Positions 33,304 to 43,700 of a stretch of DNA of 64,000 nt are shown here, piece by piece. Under the pieces are notes generated by a model that worked only from the letters and a program-made list of their open reading frames with translations, made no database searches and was not told where the DNA came from. Both the position numbers and the translations under genes were made by a program. Source of the stretch: Alkalispirochaeta sp. (GTDB lineage: Bacteria > Spirochaetota > Spirochaetia > DSM-27196 > Alkalispirochaetaceae); NCBI GenBank assembly GCA_965601925.1, contig OZ271854.1, positions 288,001-352,000 on the forward strand, given 5' to 3'. Numbering within the stretch: position 1 is the stretch's first letter; every line of letters begins with the position of its first letter.

Positions 33304-34575
33304 TTAAAATCGTGTACCGAGTCCGATGCCGATCATGGACCACGAGCGAACGCTGTTGTCGTCGACGAAGGCGAACCACGAAGTGCGCAGCGAGACTCGC
33401 GCCGCTCCGACGAGCCCGAATCCTAACTCGGTGGAAAATCCGAAGGCGGGATACCAGTCCGTCTCCTCGTCGATATTATCGGTCAACGGAATGTGAACCG
33501 CGCTTCTTACCAATGCGACGCCGCCCGAGGCCCGAATCAGGAGGTCGACGCCAGAGGCGGGACCGACGACGTAACCGGTCGTTCCCATGAATCGCGTGAG
33601 GTCGTACTCGATATCCAGCTCTACGCCGCTTTCCAAGAAGGAACTCTCACCGTAGGCGATTCCCACCTCGGTGCCGACGAGGAGACCGGGAACGAACGCC
33701 CCGGTCACCATCGCTCTGGCGGTAACCGAGATCGCATCGGCGTTCTCGAACATCGAAAGTCCGGTCGAGGGTATTGCGTAGGCCGTCTCGATGTCGAGAA
33801 TTGCACCCGGCCGGTGCTCATCGACGGCACGCGACGACTCGTCCGACGGTCGGGACGGATCTCGCAGTGCAAATCGGATATCGATGAAGTCGTCGTCCCG
33901 GAGGGTCACCTCTCGCCGTCCGACGACATACTCCAACCGCTCGTCTCTCACACGAACGTCGATCTCGTACTCGCCGACGGGAAGTTCTATTTCTCCGATA
34001 TTGGTTCCCAAAAGCGTATCGTTCGCGTAGACGTAGTAATCATCTCGGAGGCCGGTGTTGGTAAAACGCAAACGGGCGAACCCCGGAAAGAGCGCCGCTA
34101 CCTCCCGAGACACCATGTCCGCGACCTCGTCCGCCACGGCAAACCGGTCGCCGTCCGTGGGAAGAACCTCGACGCCCGACCAACGGAAGCGCTCACCGTC
34201 CCACACGTCGAACTCGATGCTCAACCCGCGATCGCGACGACTGACGAGCGTAAGAAACACCGTTGCATCGGCGATCGGAACGTCAACCGCACGCACCGAC
34301 GCGACGTACTCTTCGGGTGTCGTTTGACCGCCTATTCGTGCGATTTCGTAGCGCTGCTGCGTTCTCAGGCGTCCTTCCACCGTCGATTGCAGCAGACGTA
34401 CGGCGTTCGTCTGGGCGTCGTCCAACGCCGCGGTATCGACCGTCGAGAAGATCACGTCCACCGTCGGCCGAATACCGTCGTGTCGCGACTGTTGGCCCCA
34501 AGCCGAAGGCGGACGTACTCCCGCGGCGACGAAGCAGAGAATACACAGCGCATATCCACGAAGTAGTGGTCGCAT
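33304..34575 (-). CDS. Secreted protein with PEGA-like domain and probable C-terminal outer-membrane beta-barrel
   Basis: Signal peptide; VYAND.LLG...ELPVGEYEIDV (PEGA-like); alternating beta-strands ending IGLGTRF with terminal Phe. Confidence 0.65.
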   Translation of the reverse strand: MRPLLRGYALCILCFVAAGVRPPSAWGQQSRHDGIRPTVDVIFSTVDTAALDDAQTNAVRLLQSTVEGRLRTQQRYEIARIGGQTTPEEYVASVRAVDVPIADATVFLTLVSRRDRGLSIEFDVWDGERFRWSGVEVLPTDGDRFAVADEVADMVSREVAALFPGFARLRFTNTGLRDDYYVYANDTLLGTNIGEIELPVGEYEIDVRVRDERLEYVVGRREVTLRDDDFIDIRFALRDPSRPSDESSRAVDEHRPGAILDIETAYAIPSTGLSMFENADAISVTARAMVTGAFVPGLLVGTEVGIAYGESSFLESGVELDIEYDLTRFMGTTGYVVGPASGVDLLIRASGGVALVRSAVHIPLTDNIDEETDWYPAFGFSTELGFGLVGAARVSLRTSWFAFVDDNSVRSWSMIGIGLGTRF

Positions 34576-34935
34576 CGTCCTGTTAATGTAGCACAGCCCG
34601 TTTTGATTTACATCGCATCGTCCGACCCCTTCCCTTAAGAATAGTGCGATCTTCACACGTTTTCGCTATCGCTTCCATTGTTATATCGGCCGTTTTGAGT
34701 GCTACCGCGACGCTCGTTGTCCGTCGCAATGCCGACCGGGCATGAAAAGAGCGTATCCTTTTAGTCGGTGAGTACGTGAAGACCTCGCGGCTCGGCCACG
34801 GCGCACTATGAGTACCAACGCGTTGGAGACGCGTACCGGCGGCGCGCTGCGGGGTCTCCCGGGCGAGGTCGCGCATACGACCGAGTGGGAGCTCGACGAA
34901 GCCTCCAAACATTGACACGAGAACACTCCGCGCCC

Positions 34936-34964
34936 TTGTCATTTAAAGTCCGGTGTGTTAATTT
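34936..34964 (+). promoter_or_regulatory. Candidate sigma70 promoter for thioredoxin
   Basis: TTGTCA-N17-TAATTT followed by an AT-rich tract. Confidence 0.45.
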
Positions 34965-34999
34965 ATATATATAGTTTTTAATATTTGAGGGGTAACAGA

Positions 35000-35356
35000 A
35001 TGACCGAGAGTTTGACGAAGCAGTCTTTCATAGAGAAGGTCTTCAACTACGAAGATAATACAGAGTGGAAGTACGAGGGTACCAAGCCGGCGATCATCGA
35101 TTTCTACGCCGATTGGTGCGGACCGTGCAAAATGGTCGCTCCCATTCTGGAAGAGTTATCCGAGGAGTACGCCGACAAGGTCACCGTCTATAAAGTAGAC
35201 ACGGACGCCGAGCAGGAGCTTGCGTCGGTATTCGGCATCCAGAGCATTCCGTCGATGCTGTTCGTACCGGTAGACGACAAGCCGCAAATGGCGGTGGGGG
35301 CTCTCCCCAAGGACAACATCAAACAAGCGATGAAAGACGTCCTGAAAATCGACTGA
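35000..35356 (+). CDS. trxA: Thioredoxin
   Basis: IDFYADWCGPCKM, GIQSIP; GAGG SD before ATG 35000. Confidence 0.96.
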   Translation: MTESLTKQSFIEKVFNYEDNTEWKYEGTKPAIIDFYADWCGPCKMVAPILEELSEEYADKVTVYKVDTDAEQELASVFGIQSIPSMLFVPVDDKPQMAVGALPKDNIKQAMKDVLKID

Positions 35357-35376
35357 GCGCTGTGCGCGCAGCGGTT

Positions 35377-35404
35377 AGGGTCGCCTGCGGGCGGCCCTTT
35401 TTTA
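35377..35404 (+). terminator. Intrinsic terminator after trxA
   Basis: agggtcgcc-tgcg-ggcggccct followed by a T tract. Confidence 0.85.
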
Positions 35405-35553
35405 TTGTTCGAGACGGCCGCACCTCGGCACGAAGGCGATTCGCACTATCTCGCATCGGATTGTTCTTGCTGGGGCGAGTTCAATTCTTGTATGATCGGA
35501 GCACGTGAAGGATCTACCCCATCCACGCCTACCGACTCGCATGAGCCCTATTC

Positions 35554-36810
35554 ATGGTTGAAATAACGATCGTCGTGATCTTACTGATCATCTCGGGCGC
35601 TTACTCCGGTACGGAGGTCGCCTTTACGTCGCTTACCGTCGATCAAATAGAGCGCATCAAGCGCAAATACGGGAAACGCGGCAAGCTCACCGCGCAACTC
35701 CACGATGAGCTTGATCTCGTTCTGACCTCAATCACCATCGGCAATAATCTCGCGAACCTGGCCGCCTCGGCACTCGTGTCGGCCTTTACCATTCGCATGT
35801 TCGGCGAAGCGTGGCTCATGGCGTCGACCGGCGTCCTGACGCTCCTGGTGCTCATCTTCGGCGAGGTCACGCCCAAGCAGATCGGCATTCTGCACAATGA
35901 GTACGTGACCGTACACCTCTCCCGGTTTTTGCGATTCTTCTCCTACCTATTTGCACCGCTCATCTGGTTGATTCGTCGGATCAGTAACGCCCTCACTCGT
36001 CTCACCGGGGGTAGAGCGCGCCCCAAAGTAACCGCGGAGGGCCTCCGACACTTAGCCCAGTATGCGGGTAGCACCGGCGTACTCAACAAAATGCACGCAT
36101 CCATCGTCAAAAACGTGATTCGCTCCCACGACGTTCGCGTCGAAGCGGTGATGACTCACCGAACGCGGATCGTGAGTCTGGATAAGCGCACGACGGCCCG
36201 TGAGGCCCTTCCGACGCTGTTGGAGTCGGGATTCTCGCGCGTTCCGGTCTATGACGGCGATCCTGAACGTATCGTCGGGATTGTATTGCTTCGCGATATC
36301 GCGCAAGCGGTGCTGGATCGGGAGCATACGGCTGATATTCCGCTCGCGCGGCTCATGGTCGGACCATTGTACGTGTCGGAGACGCGGACACTTCACCAGG
36401 TACTCACCCAGCTACAGCAGGAGCACATAAACATGGCCATCGTACTGGACGAGTACGGCGGACTCGCCGGGATAGTCACCAGAGAGGATCTGGTGGAGGA
36501 GTTCGTCGGAGAGCTCTACGATGAGAACGAGGACGAGAAGCAACAGCTTGTGGCTCGATTAAGCGACGGCGAGCTGCGTATCGCCGGAAACGCGGCGCTT
36601 CACGTCGTGAACGATCATCTCGACACCCAACTGCCCAACGTCGGTGAGGCGCAGACGCTCGGAGGCTACATCACCGAACAGATCGGTCGCATCCCGGCGG
36701 TACACGAGGAGCTCCACATACCTCAGGGGACCTTCACGATTACCGAAGTCAGCGGCAATAGGGTCGTAACGGTACGATTTCGTCGCGCGGCGGCGCCCGA
36801 GCAAGAGTAA
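35554..36810 (+). CDS. Hemolysin-family CNNM-CBS-CorC/HlyC protein (Mg/Co transport related)
   Basis: SGTEVAF, IGNNLAN, FGEVTPK, SGFSRVPVY, MAIVLDEYGG, DLVEEFVGEL, TLGGYI. Confidence 0.93.
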   Translation: MVEITIVVILLIISGAYSGTEVAFTSLTVDQIERIKRKYGKRGKLTAQLHDELDLVLTSITIGNNLANLAASALVSAFTIRMFGEAWLMASTGVLTLLVLIFGEVTPKQIGILHNEYVTVHLSRFLRFFSYLFAPLIWLIRRISNALTRLTGGRARPKVTAEGLRHLAQYAGSTGVLNKMHASIVKNVIRSHDVRVEAVMTHRTRIVSLDKRTTAREALPTLLESGFSRVPVYDGDPERIVGIVLLRDIAQAVLDREHTADIPLARLMVGPLYVSETRTLHQVLTQLQQEHINMAIVLDEYGGLAGIVTREDLVEEFVGELYDENEDEKQQLVARLSDGELRIAGNAALHVVNDHLDTQLPNVGEAQTLGGYITEQIGRIPAVHEELHIPQGTFTITEVSGNRVVTVRFRRAAAPEQE

Positions 36811-36985
36811 ATATCGTCGATTCGACCGATCGGAACGCTCTCACAAGCTCACGAAATCGTCACGCCGCACAGGCGGCGCAATCCCTTGGAACGAGAGCCG
36901 TGCCGTGCGATCTCGACCGCTTTTGAAAGGCGGCAAATTAATCGTTTGCACATTGATAATGCGTCCGCGGTGAGATAATATTTGC

Positions 36986-37095
36986 ACTATATTGGGAGTC
37001 GGCGGTGTCGACGCTGTACGACGCCGGCGACCCGGGCCACCTGATCTTTGTTTTCTCCCCTCTCAGGTTTACCTCCTTTCCTGAGAGGGTTTTTT
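36986..37095 (+). ncRNA. Candidate ~110-nt small RNA (or attenuator leader) with anti-SD loop
   Basis: TG-n-GATAAT upstream; hairpin 36994-37033; CU-rich linker; 10-bp terminator stem with loop UUUACCUCCUUU followed by U6. Confidence 0.5.
37058..37095 (+). terminator. Intrinsic terminator
   Basis: CCCTCTCAGG-N12-CCTGAGAGGG-TTTTTT. Confidence 0.85.
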
Positions 37096-37126
37096 CTTTT
37101 CCGACCCATACCGTTACATTGAACGG

Positions 37127-37906
37127 GTGAAAGAGTCGAATAGTGCGGTAATCATCGGCGCTTCGCGCGGAATCGGGCTCGCGCTGGCGCGAGAGTTTTT
37201 GTTGCACGACTGGAAGGTGTGCGCCGTGGCGCGGGATCCCGGTGTCGCGACGTTGGAAGAGCTCAACCGGGAATACCCGAACGCACTAATGCGCTATCAC
37301 GCCGACGTTCTCCACCAGGAGACGTTGGATACCGCCTCCCGCGCCGTGGCGCGCGACAACCCACACGGGATCGACATATTGGTCAATAACGCCGGCGTGC
37401 TCCCGACCCGGAAGCACATCGCCGTGGAGTCCTACGACCCCGACGAGATGTCGGAAACCTTCGACGTCAACACCGCGGGCGTGATGCGATCGTGCCACTC
37501 CTTTGCACCGATTCTCGGTAGGCCGCAAGTCGCACCGGACACTGAAGCCGTCCCGTCGGACCGCGACGAAGACACCGTTCGCACCGGAACCGTCCCCAGC
37601 GCTCGGATCGTCAATATCACATCGATCATGGGGAGTCTCGCCGAGGTCGACTCACCGCGAAATTACGCCTACTCGGTGAGCAAGGCGGCGCTCAACATGC
37701 TGACGCGCATTCTCCATCACGAGTTTCTGCCTCGAGGGATCGGGGTATTGGCGCTCCACCCCGGCTGGGTCCGTACCGACATGGGAGGGCCCGAAGCGCA
37801 CTTTTCGGTGGAAGAGTCCGCAGCCGGTCTCTACGCTCAGATGACGACCTGGCGCTTCGGCGATCCCGAGCTGTTGGACTTTCGCGGGCGTCCGTTACGT
37901 TGGTAA
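37127..37906 (+). CDS. SDR oxidoreductase (C-factor/CsgA-like)
   Basis: GASRGIG, LVNNAG, TSIMGS, YSVSKAALN, HPGWVRTDMGG. Confidence 0.92.
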   Translation: MKESNSAVIIGASRGIGLALAREFLLHDWKVCAVARDPGVATLEELNREYPNALMRYHADVLHQETLDTASRAVARDNPHGIDILVNNAGVLPTRKHIAVESYDPDEMSETFDVNTAGVMRSCHSFAPILGRPQVAPDTEAVPSDRDEDTVRTGTVPSARIVNITSIMGSLAEVDSPRNYAYSVSKAALNMLTRILHHEFLPRGIGVLALHPGWVRTDMGGPEAHFSVEESAAGLYAQMTTWRFGDPELLDFRGRPLRW

Positions 37907-38023
37907 CGGTGCGGAGTGAACGTGGCGGGCGACGACCGAGCCGACTCGGCGGTTGGAGCGTGAACGCGATGCATAGGCGCACGGGCCGATGCGCCGATCG
38001 CGAAACGACGGGCTCGCGGGCCG

Positions 38024-38830
38024 CTACTCCGTCGCTCCCATTACGCGACGAAACACTTCCAGCGCCTCCTCGATCGGCGGGAGGTAGGGGTGCCACTTTC
38101 GTTCCCACTCCAGGCAGTACCACCCGGAAAAACCGGACGTCTCGGTAAGGGCGCGAATCTCCGCGAGCGGTACGATTCCCTCTCCGGGCAGGCACAGAGT
38201 CTTTTTATCGCCTTGCATCGGATGCTCGTCTTTGAGATGGAGATATCCCACCCGTTCACGTACTCGGTTCCATCCCTCGGCGGCCGTCTCATCGGTCCTC
38301 ATGAGGGAATGGGCGGCGTCCCACAACACGCCCAAAGAGGGGTGCCGGGCCCGATCGAGAAGACTCATCACTTCCGATGTAGAGCTGACGGTGTCGTGAC
38401 TCTCCATGAGGACGGTGACGCCGTAGGTCGCGCACCGTTCCGCCGCCTCGAGAAGCGCCCCGGCCGCCGAGTCGTAGTAGTCGCGCGCCTCACCGTCCGT
38501 TTTGCCGCCCCCCATGAAGGTCCTCACAAAGGACGCTCCCAGGTCGGAGGCGAGCTTCGCGTACTCGACGAGCTCCGAGACCTGGGCGGCTAAGGCGTCG
38601 GCGGAATCCTGTGCGAATCTGGTGTACGCAGTCACCGCAATGATCTCTACACCGGCGTCCCGGAAGCTCTCGCGCACGCTTCGCCGTTCGTCGGCGCTCA
38701 TCGAGGGGTGGACGTGCTCCCCTTGCGTTCCGCGAAGCTCCACACCGCCGTAACGGTGACGAGAGGCCACTTCGGGCAGCTTCTCAACGGCGATCTCCGG
38801 ACATCCCAGGCTGGAAAATGCGAGTTTCAT
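38024..38830 (-). CDS. Sugar phosphate isomerase/epimerase (xylose isomerase-like TIM barrel)
   Basis: FSSLGCP, GVELRG, MESHD, WDAAH, HLKD, LEWERKWHP. ATG 38830 overlaps the upstream TGA. Confidence 0.9.
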   Translation of the reverse strand: MKLAFSSLGCPEIAVEKLPEVASRHRYGGVELRGTQGEHVHPSMSADERRSVRESFRDAGVEIIAVTAYTRFAQDSADALAAQVSELVEYAKLASDLGASFVRTFMGGGKTDGEARDYYDSAAGALLEAAERCATYGVTVLMESHDTVSSTSEVMSLLDRARHPSLGVLWDAAHSLMRTDETAAEGWNRVRERVGYLHLKDEHPMQGDKKTLCLPGEGIVPLAEIRALTETSGFSGWYCLEWERKWHPYLPPIEEALEVFRRVMGATE

Positions 38831-40797
38831 GGCGTATCGTACACCGCCCACGGCCGGTCGCGATAGACGTCGATCCGCCGGGAATGCGCGCCCATACGCA
38901 CCTCATACCCGTTCTCGAGGACCGTAAACGTCGGCGGTGCGGCGTCGGAGCGCCCCTCGTACGGATACGCCAGGGCATGAAAGGTCGTAGAGCCCGCCGC
39001 GACGCGCCGAAACCGCAACTCCGGCGCCGGCTCTTTGATGTCGTAGTACGGGCAGTGCCACCCCCGGATCGGATCCTCCTGTCCGTGAAAGTAGCTCGAT
39101 ACGACCTCACCGTCTCCTTCGGCGGCGGCGCACACCATCCATAGGTTGGCATCGGGAAAGTCGGTCGTCCACGCACCGCGCTCCCGTTCGATGAGGGCTC
39201 CCTCGCGATAATGCCAGACTTGCTCGTAGGTGTGCTCCCCGCGACTCTCCATATCGTCTCGTATGATCCAAAAGTACGGCTTTGCGAAAAAGACGGTACG
39301 CCGATGGACTACGTCGTCGACGATGAGCTCCTTGGTCGTAGTGATTCCGGAGCTGAGCAGGAGCTTCTCGTCGGTCTGTGTCCGCTCCACACCGTACCCG
39401 GCCGAAAAGGTCGCCGCGGCGTAGTCGAACGTTCGCGAGGAGGTCATCGTACCGGTTGCGTCCCCGGGGACTTGGCAGTAGCCGTCGACAAGCACCGCGT
39501 TGTACGCCTCGGTGGTCTTAAAGTAGCGTGCCCAGCCCATCCACGGCGCGGAGGGGTCGCTCGTCGTATATCGCCAGCGCCCGGATGCGACGAGAAAGTT
39601 CCTCCCGTACGCCGATATCTCGACGTGGAGTTGATCCTCGTTCATGTGGTTGTCGCCCCACCGTCCCATATCGAAGAAGAGGTACGGTGAGCGCTCCGTC
39701 CAGTCGCCGCGCATAATCGCGATCCCGGAGGAGGGGTAGTAGTATGAGGTGTGCTCCGGCGCCGTGCCGGCGACGCCCTCGCTCAGCCGGTATCGGAAGT
39801 CCGCGAGGTCGAAAAAGCGATCGATTCGCTCGATCTGCTCACGACGGTTGGTACGCGAGTTGGAATCATTGGTGACCGGGACGGAGTAGTCCGGTTTTTG
39901 CTGGTAAAGCTCCGCTCGAGAGGTCACCAGAAGCCACTCGGCGTATTCCGGCGGAAAGAGATCGCCGTAGCCGTTATTCCCCGCAACCTCATAAAAGGCG
40001 AAGAAGCTCCGCATGGCGACCCAGTGGTAGGCGCCCGACATCTCTTTGGAGTATCCGTCGGCGTGAAAGAGTACGTCCCACATTCCCATCAGAAACTCCA
40101 CGGCGTAGGTCCGCCACGCCGGAGCGTCGGAGAAGTCGAAAAAGAAGGTACCGATGATACCGAGCGCGGCTACCTCCAACGTCGCGTGGTTGCCGGTCTT
40201 CCAGTGGCGCTTTCGCAGGAAACGGGCGTGCTCGTGAACGGAGAGCAGGATGACGCCCCACCGTTCCGGCGTCATTGCCGGGGATGAGATGACCCGCGCC
40301 AGGGCTACCGGCCAGTTCTCCGCCGCACGCCCCGCCGCCTCGAATGGGCGCCAGGTCGACCTCTTGTACTCCAAATACGGCTTTCCGTCGGGGTCGAAGG
40401 GCGGCACACGCTCGATGTAGTCGAGCATGTGCTCCACCACGGTCCGCGCGTACTTCTCGTCGCCGGTCTCGCGATAGGCGTCGGCGAGGAGCATGAAGTA
40501 CCCGTGGCGTACCAGTCCGCCGTTCCACTCCAAGTCGCCCGAGGGTGTCCCGTACCAGTTCAGCCCACCCGACATATCGAGCGTCTCCTGCCCGAGGTGA
40601 AAGAGACCCTCTACAAAGTGGTCGGCGGCCTCCTCGTCATCGTCGTGGTGCATAATCGGCCCCACCTCGTCCTGGCGATACGATCCCACTCGGCGCGGGA
40701 GCTCGCGACGGTAGTAGTCCAACACCGCCTCCAAGGTGTCGAAGGGGTGCGACACAACGGCGTTGATCCCTCCTAAAATGTCGCCGAATCTACTCAT
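38827..40797 (-). CDS. Heparinase II/III-family polysaccharide lyase (PL12-like), no signal peptide
   Basis: EWNGGLVRH, GNHATLE, DGYSKEMSGAYH, P.TNDS, HMNEDQL, AYGR, HRRTVFF. Start ATG 40797. Confidence 0.82.
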   Translation of the reverse strand: MSRFGDILGGINAVVSHPFDTLEAVLDYYRRELPRRVGSYRQDEVGPIMHHDDDEEAADHFVEGLFHLGQETLDMSGGLNWYGTPSGDLEWNGGLVRHGYFMLLADAYRETGDEKYARTVVEHMLDYIERVPPFDPDGKPYLEYKRSTWRPFEAAGRAAENWPVALARVISSPAMTPERWGVILLSVHEHARFLRKRHWKTGNHATLEVAALGIIGTFFFDFSDAPAWRTYAVEFLMGMWDVLFHADGYSKEMSGAYHWVAMRSFFAFYEVAGNNGYGDLFPPEYAEWLLVTSRAELYQQKPDYSVPVTNDSNSRTNRREQIERIDRFFDLADFRYRLSEGVAGTAPEHTSYYYPSSGIAIMRGDWTERSPYLFFDMGRWGDNHMNEDQLHVEISAYGRNFLVASGRWRYTTSDPSAPWMGWARYFKTTEAYNAVLVDGYCQVPGDATGTMTSSRTFDYAAATFSAGYGVERTQTDEKLLLSSGITTTKELIVDDVVHRRTVFFAKPYFWIIRDDMESRGEHTYEQVWHYREGALIERERGAWTTDFPDANLWMVCAAAEGDGEVVSSYFHGQEDPIRGWHCPYYDIKEPAPELRFRRVAAGSTTFHALAYPYEGRSDAAPPTFTVLENGYEVRMGAHSRRIDVYRDRPWAVYDTP

Positions 40798-43700
40798 CGG
40801 TGCCTCCGAAGGTACACGGTATCTCGTCGCCGACGCGCCGTTCGGCGGTATTCCACCCGGTAACGCGACACGTGAAGCGCTTGGTGCCGACAAAGCCGGT
40901 CGAGTTTCTCAGGACGACGTGCACGTCGCGCTCCTCGCCGGGTAGAAGCGCAAAATAGTTGTCGTCAAAGAGCGGGCGAATGTCTTCGTCACCCCCGTCG
41001 ACGCGCAGGTCCGTCAGGAACGAGATCGTCTCGGTTCTGTTTTCGATACGGAAGAGAATCACACCCTCCCGCTCTGCCGACGGCGGGCGGTGAAAGACCT
41101 CGACGTCCAAATCGACCTCCGGGAGGTCGCGCACGGCGGCCAAGTACGCCCCCCGATTATCCAGCTCGATAACGGCGGTCTGTTCCGACGGTGTCGAGGC
41201 CTCACGGATAAATATCGGCTCCGATATGCCGGTGGCGTGCGCCCCCTTGAGTTGTACCTCAATCGTGTTTTTGCCGCCCCATTCGATGATCCCCGCCGGA
41301 ACGGCGTAGAAACGCTTCATAAGGTTGGGGACGACGATCGGGTCGGCGTTGGGACGGACGCTGTAGTCGTTCCCCGACTTAAGAAGCCCCATCGCGGCGG
41401 CGCCGGACTCCTCCTCCCCCTCCGAGGCTATCAACGCCGCGGCGGAATCTCGAGCGGCCCCGGCCTTCGCGGTATCGGGAACACGCTCGTCGGTGGCGCC
41501 GATCTGCGTACCGTTAAAGAACACAACGTCGTCACCTTCAAATCCCTGACAGAAGAGCTCTATCTCCGTCCCCTCCCACTCCGCCGGAATGGTAATGCGG
41601 CGGCGGTAGAAGACGCGCTCTCCCTCATCGGGGGCACGCTTGGGAAGCGCCCAGTAGGAGGGGAGATTGGCGGTGTTCCACTCGACCTCGTCCACCTCGC
41701 GCCCGACCTGCCAACGCCACGGGCCGTTGAGGTTGAGACAGCGTTCTTTGCGGGTGTAGTGGGAGGTACCGACCCAATAGAGGTTGCGAGCCAAGACTTC
41801 ACCGTCTCGCGCCATTTCGAGGGAGACGAAGAAGACCGACCCCAGATAGTCCGCCGGGACCCTCCAGTCGGTGGTCGTGACGTTGATCGACTCGTTCTCG
41901 CCGAGGACGGCCGATGCGACCTTCTCGTGCAAGAGTTCCATAGAGAGGCTGTAGATACGAACCGCCACCTCGACGCGTCCGATATAGCGGTGCCTGTCGC
42001 TCACCGCAAAGACATCGACCTCGAAAGGCTCGTTCCCGTCGTAGATGTACTTTTCCAAATCCAGAGCCACAAGGAGGTCTCGGCTCGCCCGCTTGTAGAA
42101 GTAAAAGACCGGCTTGGGAACGCCGTACCAGTCGATCATCTCGCGGTGCATCGTCGGCCACGACGCCTGTACCTGCCATTGCATGCACCCGGAGCTCTGC
42201 CATTTGGTAAGGCGGGAGTACTCAATGTTGTGACGGTGGACCAAACCGTGGACGATCTGCCCGGCGTAGATCCAATGCTCTAAGTCGCCGGTCGCGCCGT
42301 ACTCTCGAGCGTCGCGCTCCTGCTCGGCGATGACGGCGTGGTGGTACTCCCATACGTCTTTGATATCGCGGTTGCCGAGAACGGGCCATAGCTTATCCTC
42401 GCCGATAAAGCGCTTCACGCTCTCGAGAACCGGGGTGCTGCGTCCCGTGGCCACCTCCGCACGAAAGAGCGTCTTGCGTTGGTCGCCGTGTAAGATGTCA
42501 CCGCTGTACTTGTTGCTCGTCCGAGTCGGAAACATGAGCAGTCCGCCGTGACGATCCCCCTTATAGGGGCTCCCGCGTCGAAAACTGCGGTCCGGGTCGT
42601 ACTCGGCCACCGCCCCGGCCAACTTGTCCACCAAGTCTTTGTTCTCCGGGCTGTCCGGGTTGTACTCGTTTCCTCCGGACCACATCGCCACCGCGGGATG
42701 GTTGCGTAGGACCTTCACCATATCGACGGCGTTCTCCAGAAAGAGATCATGGGGCATCACCGGATAGTTGGCGCAGGCAAACCAGAACTCCGTCCAGCAG
42801 AGAATCCCCTTACGATTACAGAGGCGGTAAAACGTTTCGGTCTCCTGAATACCGCCGCCCCACACCCTCAACATGTTGAGGTTGGCCGCCTCCACGTGGT
42901 CCAGGTAGTTCGTGTAACGCTCAGGAAGAAAGCGAAAGAGGTTGTCCATCGGCACCCAGTTGGAGCCGCGAATGAACAGGCGTTTTCGATTGACCACGAA
43001 GATCCACGGATAGGGATTCCCGGCGTAGGACCACAGCCGGTTGGACTGACGGCTCGTCTCGATGACGTATAGGTCGTCGGGGTTCTTCTCGAAGGTGATC
43101 TCCCTGACGCCGAACTCGGTCGTCGCGCGATCCGAGCACTCACCGTCGTCGTCGAGAAGCTCAAGGTCCACCGCGTAGAGCGGGTGCTCCCCCATACCGT
43201 TGGGCCACCAGAGCTTGGGGCGTTCAATCGTCGCCGTGAGCTCCACCGTTCGGGTCTCTCCGGCGACGGCGGTGTGGTGAGCGCGTACTTCGATCTCCGT
43301 CTCGGTACGGTCGACCCCGCGGATTCGACCCCGAAGCTGCACATCGACATCGCGGGTCAGCGTAGAGGCCATCGCTACGGCGACGGCGACGCGGGCCGAT
43401 GCGGCCTCCTCGCACTCGTTCCATTCGATCGCCGTGCGTACCTGGGGGTCCGCAAGGGTGATACCGCCGGAGATTTTGAGCGACACACCGCGCCATAACC
43501 CGATCGGCACCATATGGGGTGACCAGTTCCACCAGTAGGTAAAGGGAGCCACCACCCCGGAGCTGCGAACCATGCCCCACTTCACCGTGCCGCCCGGGCG
43601 GTCCTCGTGGGAGCGCTCCAGGGCGCGGGTACGCACGGTAAGCGTGTAGCTCCCGCCCGGCTCCACGTACGAGGTGATGTCGATGACGCGGCGCTTGAAG

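Noticed and set aside
34808..34915. 35-codon ORF MSTNALETRTGG…
   Set aside because: No SD and no recognisable features; cannot be supported.
36938..37207. Minus-strand 89-aa ORF containing AAAGGAGGT, considered as a type I toxin opposite the candidate sRNA
   Set aside because: Only a CTG follows the SD, and the peptide is not hydrophobic or toxin-like; the plus-strand RNA structure explains the sequence better.
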